Positions 28,395 through 42,562 of a DNA stretch of 64,000 nt are shown piece by piece. The notes under the pieces were generated by a model. It ran no database searches. It was not told the origin of the DNA and was given only the letters and a program-made list of their open reading frames with translations. Both the position numbers and the translations under genes were made by a program. The stretch lies in NCBI RefSeq assembly GCF_009914755.1, contig NC_060932.1; one strand, 5' to 3'. Each line of letters begins with the position of its first letter. Position 1 is the stretch's first letter. The DNA comes from the human T2T-CHM13v2.0 reference genome, Homo sapiens.

Positions 28395-30818
28395 CGCCCC
28401 TCCAAGTTCATGTGTTGGAAAGTTGATCCCCGGTGTGGAGGTACTGGGAGGTGAGATCTTTAAGAGATGTTGAGGTGTCAACCTAAACACCTGGATTAAT
28501 GCTGTTAATCATTAAATCATTAAATATCTGATTAATGAATCAATGCCACTGTCACAGGAGTGAGTGAGTTCATTATCACAGAAGTGAGTTCCTTAGAAAA
28601 AGATGAGTTTGTGCCCCTCTTGCTGTTCCTTGTGCTTTTGTGCCTGCCCACCTTTTGCCATTGGATGAAGCAGGAAGAAGGCCATCACCACATACTGGCC
28701 CCTCAACGATCTTAGACTTTACAATCTTTAGAACCATGACCAATAAATTTCTGTTCATTATAAATCACCTTGCGTCAGGTGTACTGTTAGAGCAGCACAA
28801 AATGGACTAAGACAGAAAAAGGGTCCTGGAGCATGGGGTGTTACTATAACAAGTACCTGAAAATGTGGGAGCAGCTTCAGAACTGGGTAATAGGCAGAGG
28901 CTGGAATTATTTGGAGGAGCAGAATAGAAAAAGCTTGTATTGCTTTAAAAGAGCATTAAGAGCAATTCTGGTGAAAGCTCAGAAGAGGAGAACTATAGGG
29001 AATGTATGGGTGTTCTTAGAGATTACTGAAGTGGTCACTATCAGAATGTCTGTAGAAGTATGGACAGTAAAGACTATTCTGATGAAGTTTCAGATTGAAA
29101 TGAGAATGTTTTATTGAACACAGGAGTAAAGGCCATCCTTGTTACAAAGTAGCCAATAATTTGACTGAATCATATCCAGGCTCAGGAGCTTCATGGAAGG
29201 CAGAATTTAGGAGTGGTAAACTAGGACATCTAGCATAAAACATTTTAAGCAAATTGTTGAAGGAGGTGGTGCATGGCTTCTTTTAACTTCATGCAATCAA
29301 ATGAGAGATGAGATAAATGATTTGGACATAGAGTTTGTAATTAAAAGGGAAACAGTGTAAAAATTTGAAAAATGTGCAGCCTGACAATGTAAGGAATGAA
29401 AAAGTGTGTAAGGGTGTTGCCAAGTAATACTTTAATAAATGGATTAGCATGGATAGAAGGAAACCAGGTACTATTTGTCAAGATAATGGGAGAATGATCC
29501 TGAAGACCTCTGGGAAATCTTCGAGGGTACTCCTCCCATCACAGGCCCAGAGATTTAGGAGAGAAGAATGGCTTTAGGGAACAGGCTCAGGGGCTCAGGG
29601 TACCCTCTATGAGATTGCTGTCAAGGCTGCCTTGGGATTCTGCTTCCTGCATTCCAGTGCAGCGATCTTTGGCCACCGCAGGCATGCCTCAAGCAGGCAG
29701 AGATATAGCCTATGCTGCTGCATCAGAGGGCAAAAGCAGTCATCCCTGACAGGATTCCCATGAATCCTTGTCCTAAGAACAGAGCTACTGTAGAGAGTCC
29801 CCACTATGGCAATGCCCAGGATAACTGTGGGGTTGGTGCTGCCACGTAAGCCCTAGAGTTGTAGAGATACCAGTGTGCAACACCAGGCTGGGAGAGCTGC
29901 AGGCACAATACTCCACCCCATGAGAGCTGTGGCATGGGCTCAGCCCAGCAAGCCATAGGAGCAGGGTTCTCTGGGGCCTTGGGGACCGAACTTACACCCT
30001 AGTATGTCCAGGAGATAGGACATGAAGTCAAGGAAGATTGTTCTCCAGCTTTTAATATTTGATGTTGTTTTCCCTGTTGGGTTTTGGATTTACTTGAGAC
30101 CAATTGCTTTTTTCTCTTTTTAAATTGCACCCTTTTGGGATGTGAGTGTTTATTCTATGTCTGTTCTACCATTGTATTTGAAAGCAGATAACTTGTCTAA
30201 TTTTATAAGCATGCAGCTGGAGGGAAATTTGCCCCAGGATGAATCATGACTTGAATTTCACCCATATTTAAATGAGACCCAGATTTAAATGAGACTTTGG
30301 ACTTTGGACTTTCGAACTGAAGGTGGAATGAATGAAGCCTTTAGGGTTATTGGGACGAAATGCATGTATTTTGCATATGAGAAGGACATACCTTTGGGGA
30401 GCTAGGGGAAGAATGTTATGATTTGGATGTGTCCACCAAAGTTCATGTGTTGGAAACTTTATCCCCAATATTGACGTGTTAGGAGACTGGACATTTCAGA
30501 AATGTTAAGGTGAAGAGGGCTGTGTTCCCATGAATGAATGAATGCTGTTATTGTGAGAATGAGTTTATTAATGCAGGAGTGGATTTTTTATTGAAAGATG
30601 AGTTTGGCTCCTTGCTCCCTCTCTCACCCTCTCTTGCCCTTCTGCCTTCTGCCATGAGATGATGCAGCAAGAAGGCCCTGACAAGATCCTGGTCCCTCAG
30701 TCTTAAACTTCTCAGCATCCAGAATGAGAAGTAAATTAAATGAGAAATCAGTTTGTGGTGTTTATAAATTACCCTGTCTCGGGTATTCTGTTATAGTGGC
30801 ACAAAACAGACTAAAATA
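28395..30818 (+). mobile_element. near full-length MST-type MaLR provirus (LTR ~28395-28814, internal 28815-30413, LTR 30414-30818)
   Basis: Two homologous LTRs (caagttcatgtgttggaaa...gcagcacaaaatggactaagaca and ...cagactaaaata) flank MaLR internal sequence (aactgggtaataggcagaggctgg, gagactttggactttggacttt). Confidence 0.88.
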
Positions 30819-33119
30819 TCAATATCATAGTGGACATATGCATGACATTCAGAGTTTGTAAGTTTGAGGATACATAGGACAATAAAGTGTGGAATATAAG
30901 TGACAAACAATATGGGCAGGTGGCACATAAGAGCCTTATTGATGCAGCATCTTTTTCTTATTCCAATAACAAAAAAGATTATGGGAGGATTTTGTTAAAC
31001 TTTTGTGTTAGACATGTCTTAAGCCTTTTTATACTCTAATATAGCAAGAACTTTTTAATATACATTTTTGATTGGCTGGGTGTTGTTTGAATGATAATGC
31101 ATTCGTAGACAAAGTAATCAGATTACATTGTTAGCAGTTTTGAAGGCAAAGAGACAGGGTTAAATTCGCAAGGGTTAGCTCTGTGTAAATGGTCAATCTG
31201 TTTCCATGGTTACAGGCTGGCTGAGTAAACTATAAATTGTAGGTATTGGTTTGTGCCCTCTTATCTTAAAGAATCTGAAGAAGATTGTTTCTATAAATAT
31301 GGTTTCCATCTCTGGGCTAAGTACTGGTCTGAGGACAAATTTAGGGAAGAGACAGCTTTTAAACTGTATCAATAGCAGTTCTTAAATATACCTTTCCCTG
31401 CATCTTGCCCCATGTTTTCAATATTAAACATGATCATATTGTGTTGTTCACTATTCTAATTATAAAGAAGAACACGTTTTTACATCTTTTCTGAAGGCAT
31501 CCATTTTTATGATTTTCCTGGCCACAGGTGCTCATGTACTTCTCAGTAATGCAGAAGACTGTTGCTTTAAATACAATCAATTACCTTCTTTTCAAGACTA
31601 TTACAGCAACCAATTTTAGCAGACACAAAGAGGATTTTAAAATGTGATACAGAAGAGATATTCTGAAGTTCAAAATAAGATTTGGAATCTTGCAAGAAAC
31701 AAATGAACACATTTGGATCTTATTTAAAATAATTCATGTAAGACAGTACACGATTGCTTTTGTTTTTAAATTTTAATATCTTCTTTTTAAGCTTATTTTT
31801 TCCTTTAAAATAATATTTAGAATTACATCACTTTTAGTCGAAAATAGCCATCTTGCCTCATTTTTCTTAACTTTGAAATCATTGAACTGTGTTTTTCCTT
31901 TATACATCTTTTATTCTATTCAATGTTATGGTGCAATTTCTCCTTCTTCCTTACACCCTTCATTCCCCTGCCGAGCTGAATTGATTGTGGAGCTCCCATA
32001 GATTTCAAAGGGAATTCCAAACCCCAAATACCTCCCTGGCTGTGTGTGTGTGTGTGTGCATATAGCAAGTGATAAAGTGGCTGAGAATTACTTACACCAT
32101 GTGCAAGGTGAAGATTAGAATAATAATTTCATCATTATCATATTATTGCTACTTAATATTTATATAGCACCTTTACTCCGAGAAGCTCAAGAAACTTTAT
32201 GAATTTTAAATTATCCAGTGGGCTCTAATCTTAACTACACCCCTATGTGCTGGGTAAGGTACAAAATTAGTAATGGATTTGAGTGACATATATTGCTAGA
32301 GAAATCTAATTCTGTTGCTATTTAGCTCTCTTCTATTATAGAAAAATGGCATTATATATTTGCCTAGAAAGCTTGATAGTTATCTTATTATCTTAGTATT
32401 GGGGGTCCATTTGCTATTTATTTTGAAAGAATTCCAGCTGACAGCTTATTCAAAAGTAAAGAAGAAATAAACGGACATTCACATGCAAAGACAATTTTTA
32501 TTTATTCTTCGCATTAGTTTTCCAAAAAAAATTCTGTGAAAAAACAAAATTAGATTTCTACTTATTTTACAAAGACATAAATACTATTCTAGTTTTACAC
32601 TCATTGCTTAAACTTGGGCACATCTGATAAATTTTCTTGGGCATTCAGGGTAAGTAAAACTATTCAGTGTTCTGTCTTTGTGCCTCTTTTACACAGGGAA
32701 GTGAATTTCAAATTATTATGATAAATTATTTGATTCTACCTTTCTAATCTAAAACTATAACAGAGTGTAAACATCATGCATCTTTTGTGACCCTAATATA
32801 GTTATCCAAAATATTAATTTTCTCAATAATCCTTCACCAAAAAGATCTCATTTCTGAGACTATCAGACTATAATTTTAGCTCTACTGTACTTAGAAGCAA
32901 ATTTTGAATACTTTTTCTTATGTAATATACTAATACTTTTACCTGAGACTTATTTTTCTTTTTCCATTACATGGTAATCTAATTGCTTGAAAAAGCTTAT
33001 TTAGATTTGGTTAATTCATATCTAGAATGATGTGAAACAATACACATAAGCAAATAGAGTAAGAGCTCTAATATAGTTCTGGACACATTTTGAAATTTCA
33101 TTAGAAGAAATAAATTTCT

Positions 33120-33247
33120 TTTTAAAAAATTTTTATTTACATAGGTTTTTGGGGGAGCAGGTGGTATTTGGTTACATGAGTAAGTTCTTTAGTGATGATT
33201 TGTGAGATTTTGGTGCACCCATCACCTGAGCAGTATACACCAAACCC
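33120..33247 (-). mobile_element. short 5'-truncated L1PB 3' end
   Basis: taggtttttggggga.caggtggtatttggttacatgagtaagttctttagtg; TSD aaatttct at 33112-33119 and 33248-33255. Confidence 0.85.
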
Positions 33248-34094
33248 AAATTTCTGATTGCAGTACAATCAAGAAAAGAAGGCAATTTTGCAAGAGACTG
33301 GGGTACCCAGTAGGAAGTGGTGTGAATAGGGATGGTGGAATAACAGTATGGATTGCTGCGTCCTTTGTAGATATTACCTCATTTAATAATAATACAATTC
33401 TAAAAATACATGACTTAACTCTTTTACAAATGTGAAAGTTGAAAATGAAGAAAGTTAAGTAATTTAATAAAGGTCATATGTCTGGTGAATGGTGGAAGAA
33501 GTAAAATTCTCAAAAACTTGTGCCTCAAAACCTGTGGCCTTCTTTTTCAGGCAGGTCGGTAATGGAATATATTTTGACATTAAGGAACATATATTGAGGG
33601 CTTCTCAAAAACTCAAATGTGTGAACACTAATGCAACATGTAATTTGACCAAGGGACTACTATTATATGGCTTATAATCATTACTCTCTTTGGCTTTATC
33701 AAATATTTTTACTTCTATAACAACTCTCACAGTTAGTTTTCATTGCTAAACCACTTTACATTTTGCATAAACAAATTAGGTTTGCAAGAGTTTACTATGT
33801 GAATAAGTAAATATAATCTCAAATATTTTAATTACTATTACACCTGCATTAAGTGGTGGTTTGGGGCAAGCAGTTTTTCTCATTTACCTGCCTGCCAGGA
33901 ATGTTTTTCAGATTTCATGTACAGAAAAGCCACAAGTTTTTCCAAATGTCAAGACATGTCGCAGACATTCAAAGCCTCTCAGGTAGAATCTCTAAGCAAC
34001 ATATCTACTGCAGCCAAGCCTCTATTAGAGTTATTCATTTGGGTTTTTATTTGCTTGTTTTTAAGCCTTGCTGTTAATTCTTTGAAAAAATAAG

Positions 34095-34330
34095 TATACA
34101 CACATACATATATGTACATATGTATGTATACATATATATGCACTTATACTGTATGTCAGTTTATTTTTGTCTTTACTTTTGAAAAATACAAACCCAATTA
34201 CCTCCCACCAAATATACTTTTCCATGCATATACACACATATGTATGTATGAGATGTGTGTGTGTGTCACATACTTTTCCATGCATATATACACATATGTA
34301 TGTGTGAGATGTGTGTGTGTGTATGTATAT
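34095..34330. repeat. (TA/CA/TG) simple repeat with a 56-bp higher-order duplication
   Basis: atacttttccatgcatata... starts at both 34214 and 34270. Confidence 0.85.
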
Positions 34331-34353
34331 TTATGAGATATGAGGTTGCTATA

Positions 34354-34731
34354 TGATATGATTAGGCTTTGTGTCCCCACCTAAATCTCAGTTTGAATTA
34401 TAATCCCCATAATCCCCAAATGTCATGGGAATGATGAGGTGGAGGTAATTGGATCATGGGGGCAGCTCCCTGATGCTGTTCTCATGATAGTGAGTGAGTT
34501 CTCAGGAGATCTGATGGTTTTATAAGTGTTTGGTAGTTCCTCTGACAGTCATTCTCCTTCCTGCCACCTTGTGAAGCAGGTGCCTGGCTTCCCCTTTGCC
34601 TTCTGCTATGATTGTAAGTGTCCTGATGCCTCCCCAGCCATTCTGAACTGTGAGTCAATTAAACCTCCTTCTTTTATAAATTTTCCAGTCTCAGGCAGTT
34701 CTTTCTAGTTGTGTGAAAACAGACTAATACA
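34354..34731 (+). mobile_element. MaLR solo LTR (THE1D/MSTA-type)
   Basis: tgatatgattaggctttgtgtccccacc...gtgagtcaattaaacctc...cagactaataca. Confidence 0.92.
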
Positions 34732-34799
34732 TTGTATTTTATTTTAAACATTTAAAAATAGTTAAGTTCTACCTTTGTGTTCATAATAAAATGTGGAAG

Positions 34800-35650
34800 T
34801 TAAAGAAAGGGAGAAGCAGAAACAATAATCATGCAGTTGTTGCAACAGCCTAGGTGAGAATTGTTGCTGGATTGAAAAAAGGTGATAGCAGTAGAATCAG
34901 TGAGAAATAGGTAGATTTTAAATATATTTTGAATACGGTTGTGAAAAAATTTATTGATGGATTAGTCTGTGTTAGCTAAACAGATTTGATGTTGGATTAG
35001 AAAGAAAGGAGTAAAAAATTACACAAAAGTTCCCTGAATTATAGAGTGAATGGTGTGATTAAGAATTGAGATGGGGAAGAGGAGGAGAAACAGAGTTAAT
35101 TGGAGTTTAGGAAGAAAAATCAAAAACTCATTTTGGATGTTTCAAGATTAAGATGGATGTTAAATAGGCAAAGACATATGCTTATCAGACAGTTAAATAT
35201 GTGAGACTTGAGTAAAGACTATAGAGACAGTATTTAAAGGCATAAGACTGCAAATAATTGTCAGAGGAATTATAGATAGAAACATAAAAGAAGACTGAGT
35301 GCTGAGAGCTGGGACATGTCAAAGATTAGAAGAAATTACAAAGGAGACTGAGAATAAACTGAGGTAGGAGGAGAACTAATAGTGAGTGATGTCTTAAAGA
35401 TCAAGTGAATAAAATGTTTCAAGAAGGAGAAAGCAGCCAACTGAGACAACACCACTAATAGGTTGAGTGAGAAAAAGACTAAACATTGACCATTGGTTTT
35501 GGCAACAAGAAAGTCATTTGTGACTTTGATAAACACCATTCTGATTACTCTGTGACACCACTTAGTGTAATGAAGACTAACTGAAGAGGTTTTAAGAGAG
35601 AATAAGAGGCATATAGTGAAGAAAGCGAACATAGACCCTTGGTTTCAAGG
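34800..35650 (-). mobile_element. L2 fragment
   Basis: ggtgagaatt...ggtgatagcagtaga, tgaccattggttttggcaacaagaaagtcatttgtgactttgat. Confidence 0.7.
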
Positions 35651-35725
35651 TATTTATATGTTTGCTAGTGGGTCCATCTGCAGATATTGTTGTCCACTCA
35701 TTACTTTCGCTAGTCACTAGGCTAC

Positions 35726-36141
35726 TGTAGTAGACACAAGATGTATCACCAGACCCCACTTCAGGAAAGAACTTGATTAAGATTGCAACCAGAGGGCGAC
35801 CTCCAACTGTCACTTCCTCTATGGTCTCCATCAGAAGCAGAGAGCTGCTTCAACAAGGTCGTTCTCTTTCCAGGGAAATCCGTATATGGTGATCGAGTGA
35901 GGGAAGGGTGTAAATACTTGGCCATTTCAGCTTAATACCAGCAACTGTGTTGGTAATACTTACTCCCAAACTCTCTACTGTTTAGGTCAAAGGTATGGTA
36001 GGCCTGTGTCATTGTTTGACTTTTTCCTCTGCCCAAAGCTGGCTTAGCTTCCCTCCTTTCACAGGCATTGGTCTCTAATAAACCCATCAAACCCCAAACT
36101 TCTATCTTGGCACTTGCCTCAGAAGAACCCAACCTGTGACA
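35726..36141 (+). mobile_element. LTR16-like (ERVL) solo LTR
   Basis: tgtagtagac... start; end ctaataaacc...agaagaacccaacctgtgaca; TG...CA termini. Confidence 0.7.
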
Positions 36142-38949
36142 ATTACCTTGATATTAACCTGTTGTACATGTCTCTTCATGGCTCATAGTGTTAACTCACA
36201 CATCAATTAGCAGTCCAGTACAATGTAGAGGCAGAAAATAACATAATTAGAAGCTCTTTTTTGGTTTTTCTATGACTGGACTGCCATTTCCCTTTATCAA
36301 AGGGACACAAATATGAAAATTCTCAAAAATTTCCTATCAGTTTCTTAGATCCAAACATTTCTTTGTTGATTCTGTCACTTGCCTAGGGTTAGGTTTAGGA
36401 AAGAGTACCAGTAATCTACGTTATTTCACCTTCTTGCTAAGAACTACTAGTGGGATATTAAAAACTGATAGAGTGCTACATATCTTTCAATGGCCATTAG
36501 ACAGCAGGAGGCCTTTGTATATTTTGCATTTCAATTATTAAAATACTAAGGGCTTTTTGAGTAACAGTATTGAGATCCAAAAGTGTTCTTTAAATTTTAG
36601 CTTGTAAGATTTGCATTGAATAAATGCTCTACACCGTTTATTCCCATGAGAACAGTAGTCTTAATGGTTATTTGCCTAAAGACGCAGGTTTAGTAGATAA
36701 TCTGTTTTCTAGCAGTTAAAATTTAATTGGATAATTTGAACTAAACTCACTTGAGGTTGACATTTTGTGTTTTGTTGTCATTCTTATCAATGAAATTTTG
36801 CCATAATAGCTCAATGTGACATCAAATGTATAATTGTAAGGCTGCAAAATAAGTACTTCATAAAATTGAAGGTACTCTCTTTAAGCATATACTCTTCAGT
36901 AGAGCTCTAAGTGTATCATTAACCTCAGTCTACCACTCTGGATTTTCAGTGTCAAATGTGCAATTACTTGATAAAGGTGCCATGAAGGAAACTAAAACCC
37001 TGATAAAACTTTCTTAACAATCCCCATGGTGTAGCAGTGAGGCAACAATAAAAGCTTTGCCCGTAGACATTAATGGGAGTAAATATCATACAGCTAATTC
37101 CTGGAAACAAGGCTGAGAGATAACACCAGGTGTGCCATTTAAATGAGATGGGCATGCCAGTTAACTATTATTAGGAGTCATTTAAATGCACTGAACTAAG
37201 TCTCTGCCTTGCTGATTATTGCAATTAGGCAGGCATGCCATTTAACAGGGTAATGAGTAAGTGGAACTCTCTTAATTGGGGCATTCAATTTCTTAGTCCA
37301 TTCTGCTCAGCGAATTGTAGTGTAAAAGTTTATTTTCTTCTTCTCTCACTCTACCAGTTTTCCCAGTATGGATTCTGGGACCTTGACAATTATTTATTTG
37401 GAAATGTTTTCTTTATTTTTATGGTTCTGATTTCAATTTGACCACTAAGAATATGTAGCTAAACAATCCTTAACAGTGATCCATTTTCAAAGCCCTTCAG
37501 TACCACTTGATAAGCCAATATGTGGGAGCTTATTTCAAATTTCATATACATACTCCTTTACAAAAATGTTAACAATGGTTAGGTCTGGGTGATAGGATTA
37601 TAGATAACTTATTTTCCTTATGTGAGTCTTTGAATTTAAAACAACGAACATGTAGTGCTTTTCAAATAAGGGGGAAAACAGTAATATGATTTTTAAAAAA
37701 TGCATCTTCTTTAATTGACATATTCAAATGAGGACAATGCAAATGAAAACTTTAGAATCAGGAACTAATAGTATAATTACTTAAAAGAAGTAGCACAGAA
37801 AGAAAAGCAAAATAACTAGATTTCCTTCTTCTATAAATTGTTTAGATACCATTACTACTGACTTTTTGTTTTCTTTCACATTTCCCCCAGCACAAGTGCC
37901 TGTTATCCGTCTGTTTCTCTTACAATAAACATAGATAATAGATACAATCTTACAGTTAAAAGAAACCTTAAATTTCAGCAGTTCTCATATATTTATTTTA
38001 CAGATGATGATACTTGATCTCCAAGAGTTTATGTTACAGTGTGGAGTTGTCTCCTGATTTGTAGGCAGGCTCATTTGACTGCAAGAGATTGCACTGTAAT
38101 CAATTACATTGATTACAGGAGATTTAGAAATCAGGCACTTTAGATAGCACAGTACTCTTTTTGTAATATGGCGTTATTGCTTTGACAGTGTTAATGTGGC
38201 CTCAAAATTAATTTCTTGATTATGAACTCATGGTTCTGTTATTAACCCTTCTGGAGGTCACATGCTGACATGGGTAAAACACTTGAAAACACTTTTTTTA
38301 GTCAGAGCCTAAAATCTGATGACTTTTCTCTTCATTCTTACCTATGACAAAAGGTCTATCCACTTCATTTTATCATCTTTAGTAAAATTATGTTTTCCTT
38401 GGCAGCTCAATAAGAAAAAAATATGACATTGAAGTATAAAATATGAGTCTGAAGATTTAGAAGTAATAGAAGAATGAGTGAGAAGAATTGCTTGTCATTT
38501 ATCCTGGGCTCTGTGCAGCTGCAGACCTATTCCAACAGATGCAGCTGTTTAGGCCTGCTTTGCCTTGTAATTTCTCCAGTAGCAGTTTCTGTAAAAAGTG
38601 TCATCAACTATTATGATCATCTATCTTATGTAAAATAGAGTGCTATTTAATTTGAACAAAGTTACTCTTCATAATGGTCTTCACACAATAGCAAAATGAA
38701 GTAAAGGCAAATTTTGTTTTCTTGTAACTATAGTTTTGCCTGTAGCTTTTACTAGTTGCACTTCATTATCTCACTGTAGTTTGATGGTTCCAGCAAGTGC
38801 AGACACAGGTCTTGCCAACCTTCATTTGTATTAATCCATCAGATTTGACCTGGCATTAAAAGACAGGAGAGATCTATAGTTTTTTTCCCCCTCAAGTGGC
38901 AGAAGGTATTTTCCTGCGTTTACCCATTAGAAAGGAGAAAAGAAAACTA

Positions 38950-39115
38950 CAGTTGACTCTTAGGTAACATGGGAGTTAGAGGAACCAATCTCCTGCACAG
39001 TCGAATATTCCATGTAACTTGACTCCCTGAAAACTCAATGAAAACTTATTGAAAAAAAAATCCATGTACAAGTGGATCTGTGTAGTTCAAACCTGTGTCG
39101 TCCAAGGGGCAACTG
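38950..39115 (-). mobile_element. internally deleted Tigger2-type (TcMar) MITE
   Basis: TIRs cagttgactct.../...ggggcaactg, each flanked by TA; aagtggatctgtgtagttcaaacctgtgt matches the Tigger2 end. Confidence 0.8.
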
Positions 39116-40499
39116 TAGTCACTGTGTTAAATCTCCAAGCCGATGGCTTCCTCATTCTCTCTTTTTCTCAGGCTTATTGAGCTGCACTGTGAGGTGACAG
39201 CCAGCAATCTCATTTATTTCCAGACTATAGAAATGTGAGAGAGAAAATACTCAAAAATTGTATTTGTAAATTTGTATTTATTATCAGTGAAGTTGGAAAT
39301 GCCAAATGTTGAGGCATTAGAGGGTCCCTAATAAATAGTATCTTTCTCTACTGATATCTTGAACCAATTGAGAAATAAAATGAGAAGGTCAGCATATAGA
39401 AGGCAAAACATCACCTTTATAACTGCTGAAGGTTAGATAGGGGTATGCGGTTTGTATTTATGGAGAGTATTGAACCTGAGAGTTACAACAGGGCTTGCTG
39501 GGGCAGACCTTTCCCCATCCGCTCTGGGAGGCTTCCTTACAATTTGCGACATGGAGAAGCAGACTGAAATGTAGGTTTCCTGAAGGCAGATCACTTCCAA
39601 GAAGGCCAGGTGAAAGATCTGTTCTATTCACATGTAATTCTCCTTTTCAAATTCATAATTAGATAAAAAAATGAGAGAGGGATGAGATAAACTATGATAG
39701 TTATAGCCAGTGAACTTCTTTCCCATGGAAAGAAATAATAGAAATGGGGGATTTTCCACACTACCACTTTGTAGAAATGATCCAAAACTAGGATATGCTA
39801 TTCTAAAAGCAATACTTCACTATTCTATCCAACAATATTTATATTGTGCCCTTTTATATACAACTAGTACATACCCTTCATTTGTTTTTTATTTTTATTT
39901 TTATTTTTGCTATAGCAGAAGCATGGTTAAAGATATTTTGGGATAAAAACAACAATAAAACAATTTCTTTCCTTTGACTGACTTCCAGGTAAAGCGGTTT
40001 GTGCCAGTTGGCAACAATATCTTATATGTCATTATTTTATGATATAAAGAATTAGGGGACATTCTGATCATATCCAGAGTTGCAGCAGACATCTGAATCT
40101 GTTTTATTTATCTTCTTGAGAACTGCAGATGGTCAAGTCTCCCTTTCATTGCCTTTGGGATCAATCCACTTCCTGAGCTGATGGAACTAACTAGCCTGAT
40201 CTTCTTAGTACACCTGTCCCCATTGACTAAAAAGATTGCTGATTTGCCATCAGCATTCTTTGTAGGGTCTTATGGCAGATGTTTGTTTATTCTACCTGTC
40301 TAAGGTTAAATTCTCAGGAAAAAAAAAAAGACCTAACAGGAAAATTTTTTATGATGGATATGCTTTTATATAAAAAGCCGACATTTTCCCATTAACTTTT
40401 ACTTCATATGAGCTTTTATCTTATTGTTGTCTCATAATTGTAAGTCAAATATAATCCAGTAACAGCAATTTCACATGTTACTATCTGAATTCATTCAGA

Positions 40500-40674
40500 A
40501 TTCACAAGCGCTATGTACATGCTCTAAAAAATCTTGAATGTTTGTGTAGATAAATAGATATTTGTAATTACATATATGTATGTAATATTTAAGGTATATA
40601 CAGTATATATTACATAAATATGTGTACACATAACATTCAGAGTTTTTAGAGCATGTGCATAGCCTATTGTGAAT
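40500..40674. repeat. long imperfect palindrome
   Basis: ~50-bp arms at 40500-40548 and 40625-40674, plus inner 10-bp arms at 40579-40588 and 40607-40616. Confidence 0.9.
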
Positions 40675-40719
40675 ATATAAAACAAGGGTTTCTTATACTT
40701 TAAAAAGAAGCTTGTAACT

Positions 40720-41810
<1,091 letters not shown>

Positions 41811-41859
41811 GCTTATAACTTAAAGGTTAGTTACAATATGGAATCCAAAACCATATCAA

Positions 41860-42012
41860 TAAACTTTTATACTTTGTGCACTCATGAGACAATGAGAATT
41901 TACAAATAATATTGTGTCTTAGTATTATTATGAATATAGTTTTGAATTGCAGTACCCCTGAGAGAATCTGGTAGTTCGCCAGAAGTCTTTGGATCACTCT
42001 TTGAAAACCCTC
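41860..42012 (+). mobile_element. hAT-Charlie-type DNA transposon end fragment
   Basis: agtattattatgaatatagttttga...ccctgagag...ggatcactctttgaaaacc resembles a Charlie-family terminus. Confidence 0.45.
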
Positions 42013-42046
42013 ACTTAATAAAATATGCTAATATAGTGGAGTGTAA

Positions 42047-42048
<2 letters not shown>

Positions 42049-42081
<33 letters not shown>
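42049..42081. repeat. (TG)n microsatellite
   Basis: About 16 TG units. Confidence 0.95.
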
Positions 42082-42082
<1 letters not shown>

Positions 42083-42289
42083 GTTTATGTAGAGTAGTCA
42101 GAAGAAGCTTCTCTGAGGAAGTAAATTTTGGACCAAGGGGTAATGATAAAGAAGAGCCAGCCACATGGCCACCATGGAGAACATTTTCTGCAAAAGGAGC
42201 AGATGCTCTGAGCAGAGAGGGGCTGAGGAGTTTACATTATTGAATTACTCAGATAATTAGATAATCTCTTCATTGAAAGATACATGTTT

Positions 42290-42562
42290 ATTCCCAGCAC
42301 TTTGGGAGGCCAAGGCAGGAGGATTGCTTAAGGCTAGGAGTTTGAGACTGACCAGGGCAACATAGCAAAGCCCTGTGTCTACAATAAACAAAAAAGCCAG
42401 TTTTGATGGCATGTGTCTGTGGTCCCAGCTTCTCAGGAGGCTGAAGTGGAAGGATCCCTTAAGCCCAGGAGGTCAAAGTTACAGTGAACAATGATCATGC
42501 CATTGCCCTCTAGCTTGGGCAACAGAGCAAGACTCTGTCTCAAAATTAAAATGAAAGAAAAA
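42290..42562 (+). mobile_element. AluJ, 5'-truncated
   Basis: Starts at ttcccagcactttggg; ggaggattgctt; TSD gaaagat(ac/gt)atgt at 42275 and 42563. Confidence 0.9.

Noticed and set aside
39172-39193. Acceptor ctctctttttctcag followed by 22 nt and GAG|gtgaca
   Set aside because: The donor is weak and there is no other support; such pseudo-exons are common.
39916-39988. AG...CAG|gtaaag bounded 73-nt segment
   Set aside because: Contains stop codons in the plausible frames and its AT-rich composition is intron-like.
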